Origin: Selaginella moellendorffii
Taxonomy: Eukaryota > Plantae > Lycopodiophyta
Assembly (NCBI RefSeq): GCF_000143415.4
Contig: NW_003314261.1
Location: forward strand, 1,812,117-1,876,116
DNA: 64,000 nt
Reading direction: 5' to 3'
This document shows, in pieces, positions 63,911 to 64,000 of this stretch (position 1 is its first letter; each line of letters starts with the position of its first letter). A model generated the notes under the pieces. It saw nothing but the letters and a program-made list of their open reading frames with translations, searched no databases and was not told the DNA's origin. Made by a program: the position numbers and the translations under genes.

Positions 63911-64000
63911 AGCTTACATAGATAAATGCTTAATCAATTTCTATATCTTGTTTTATTTAAATTAAAAGATTGTGACAAATAGGAGGAATCTTTATAAGCT

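Overview
Compact land-plant genomic DNA with 50-70 nt introns, head-to-head gene pairs, a PPR gene, a COI1-like gene and a flagellar SHIPPO-repeat gene. This is most consistent with a lycophyte such as Selaginella (inference). Apparently intact genes: PRISE/VEP1-like reductase, RPS9, SHIPPO/ODF3-like protein, DUF506, DUF3339, a GNAT-like protein, a lineage-specific multi-RRM protein, a trihelix TF, organellar YchF, a C2-domain protein, a P-class PPR, a nepenthesin-like aspartic protease, a HAD-IIIB acid phosphatase, a PTPLA/PAS2-like dehydratase, a divergent Dof-like finger protein, pyrimidine 5'-nucleotidase, DHX37 helicase and a COI1-like F-box protein. Accessory DNA includes a duplicated block carrying GH28 gene fragments around a ubinuclein pseudogene (1-6.9 kb). 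It also includes a decayed short-LTR Ty3/gypsy element (15.2-23.8 kb) that contains a nested internally deleted chromovirus (TSD GGATG) and a captured copy of the 3' end of a nearby gene, plus a solo LTR and AT-rich TE relics. The most notable candidate is a tandem pair of intron-containing GNAT-like genes (24.2-26.3 kb) that, from recall only, resemble an uncharacterised fungal/bacterial family (possible horizontal transfer). All family assignments come from motif recognition by eye; no database searches were run.
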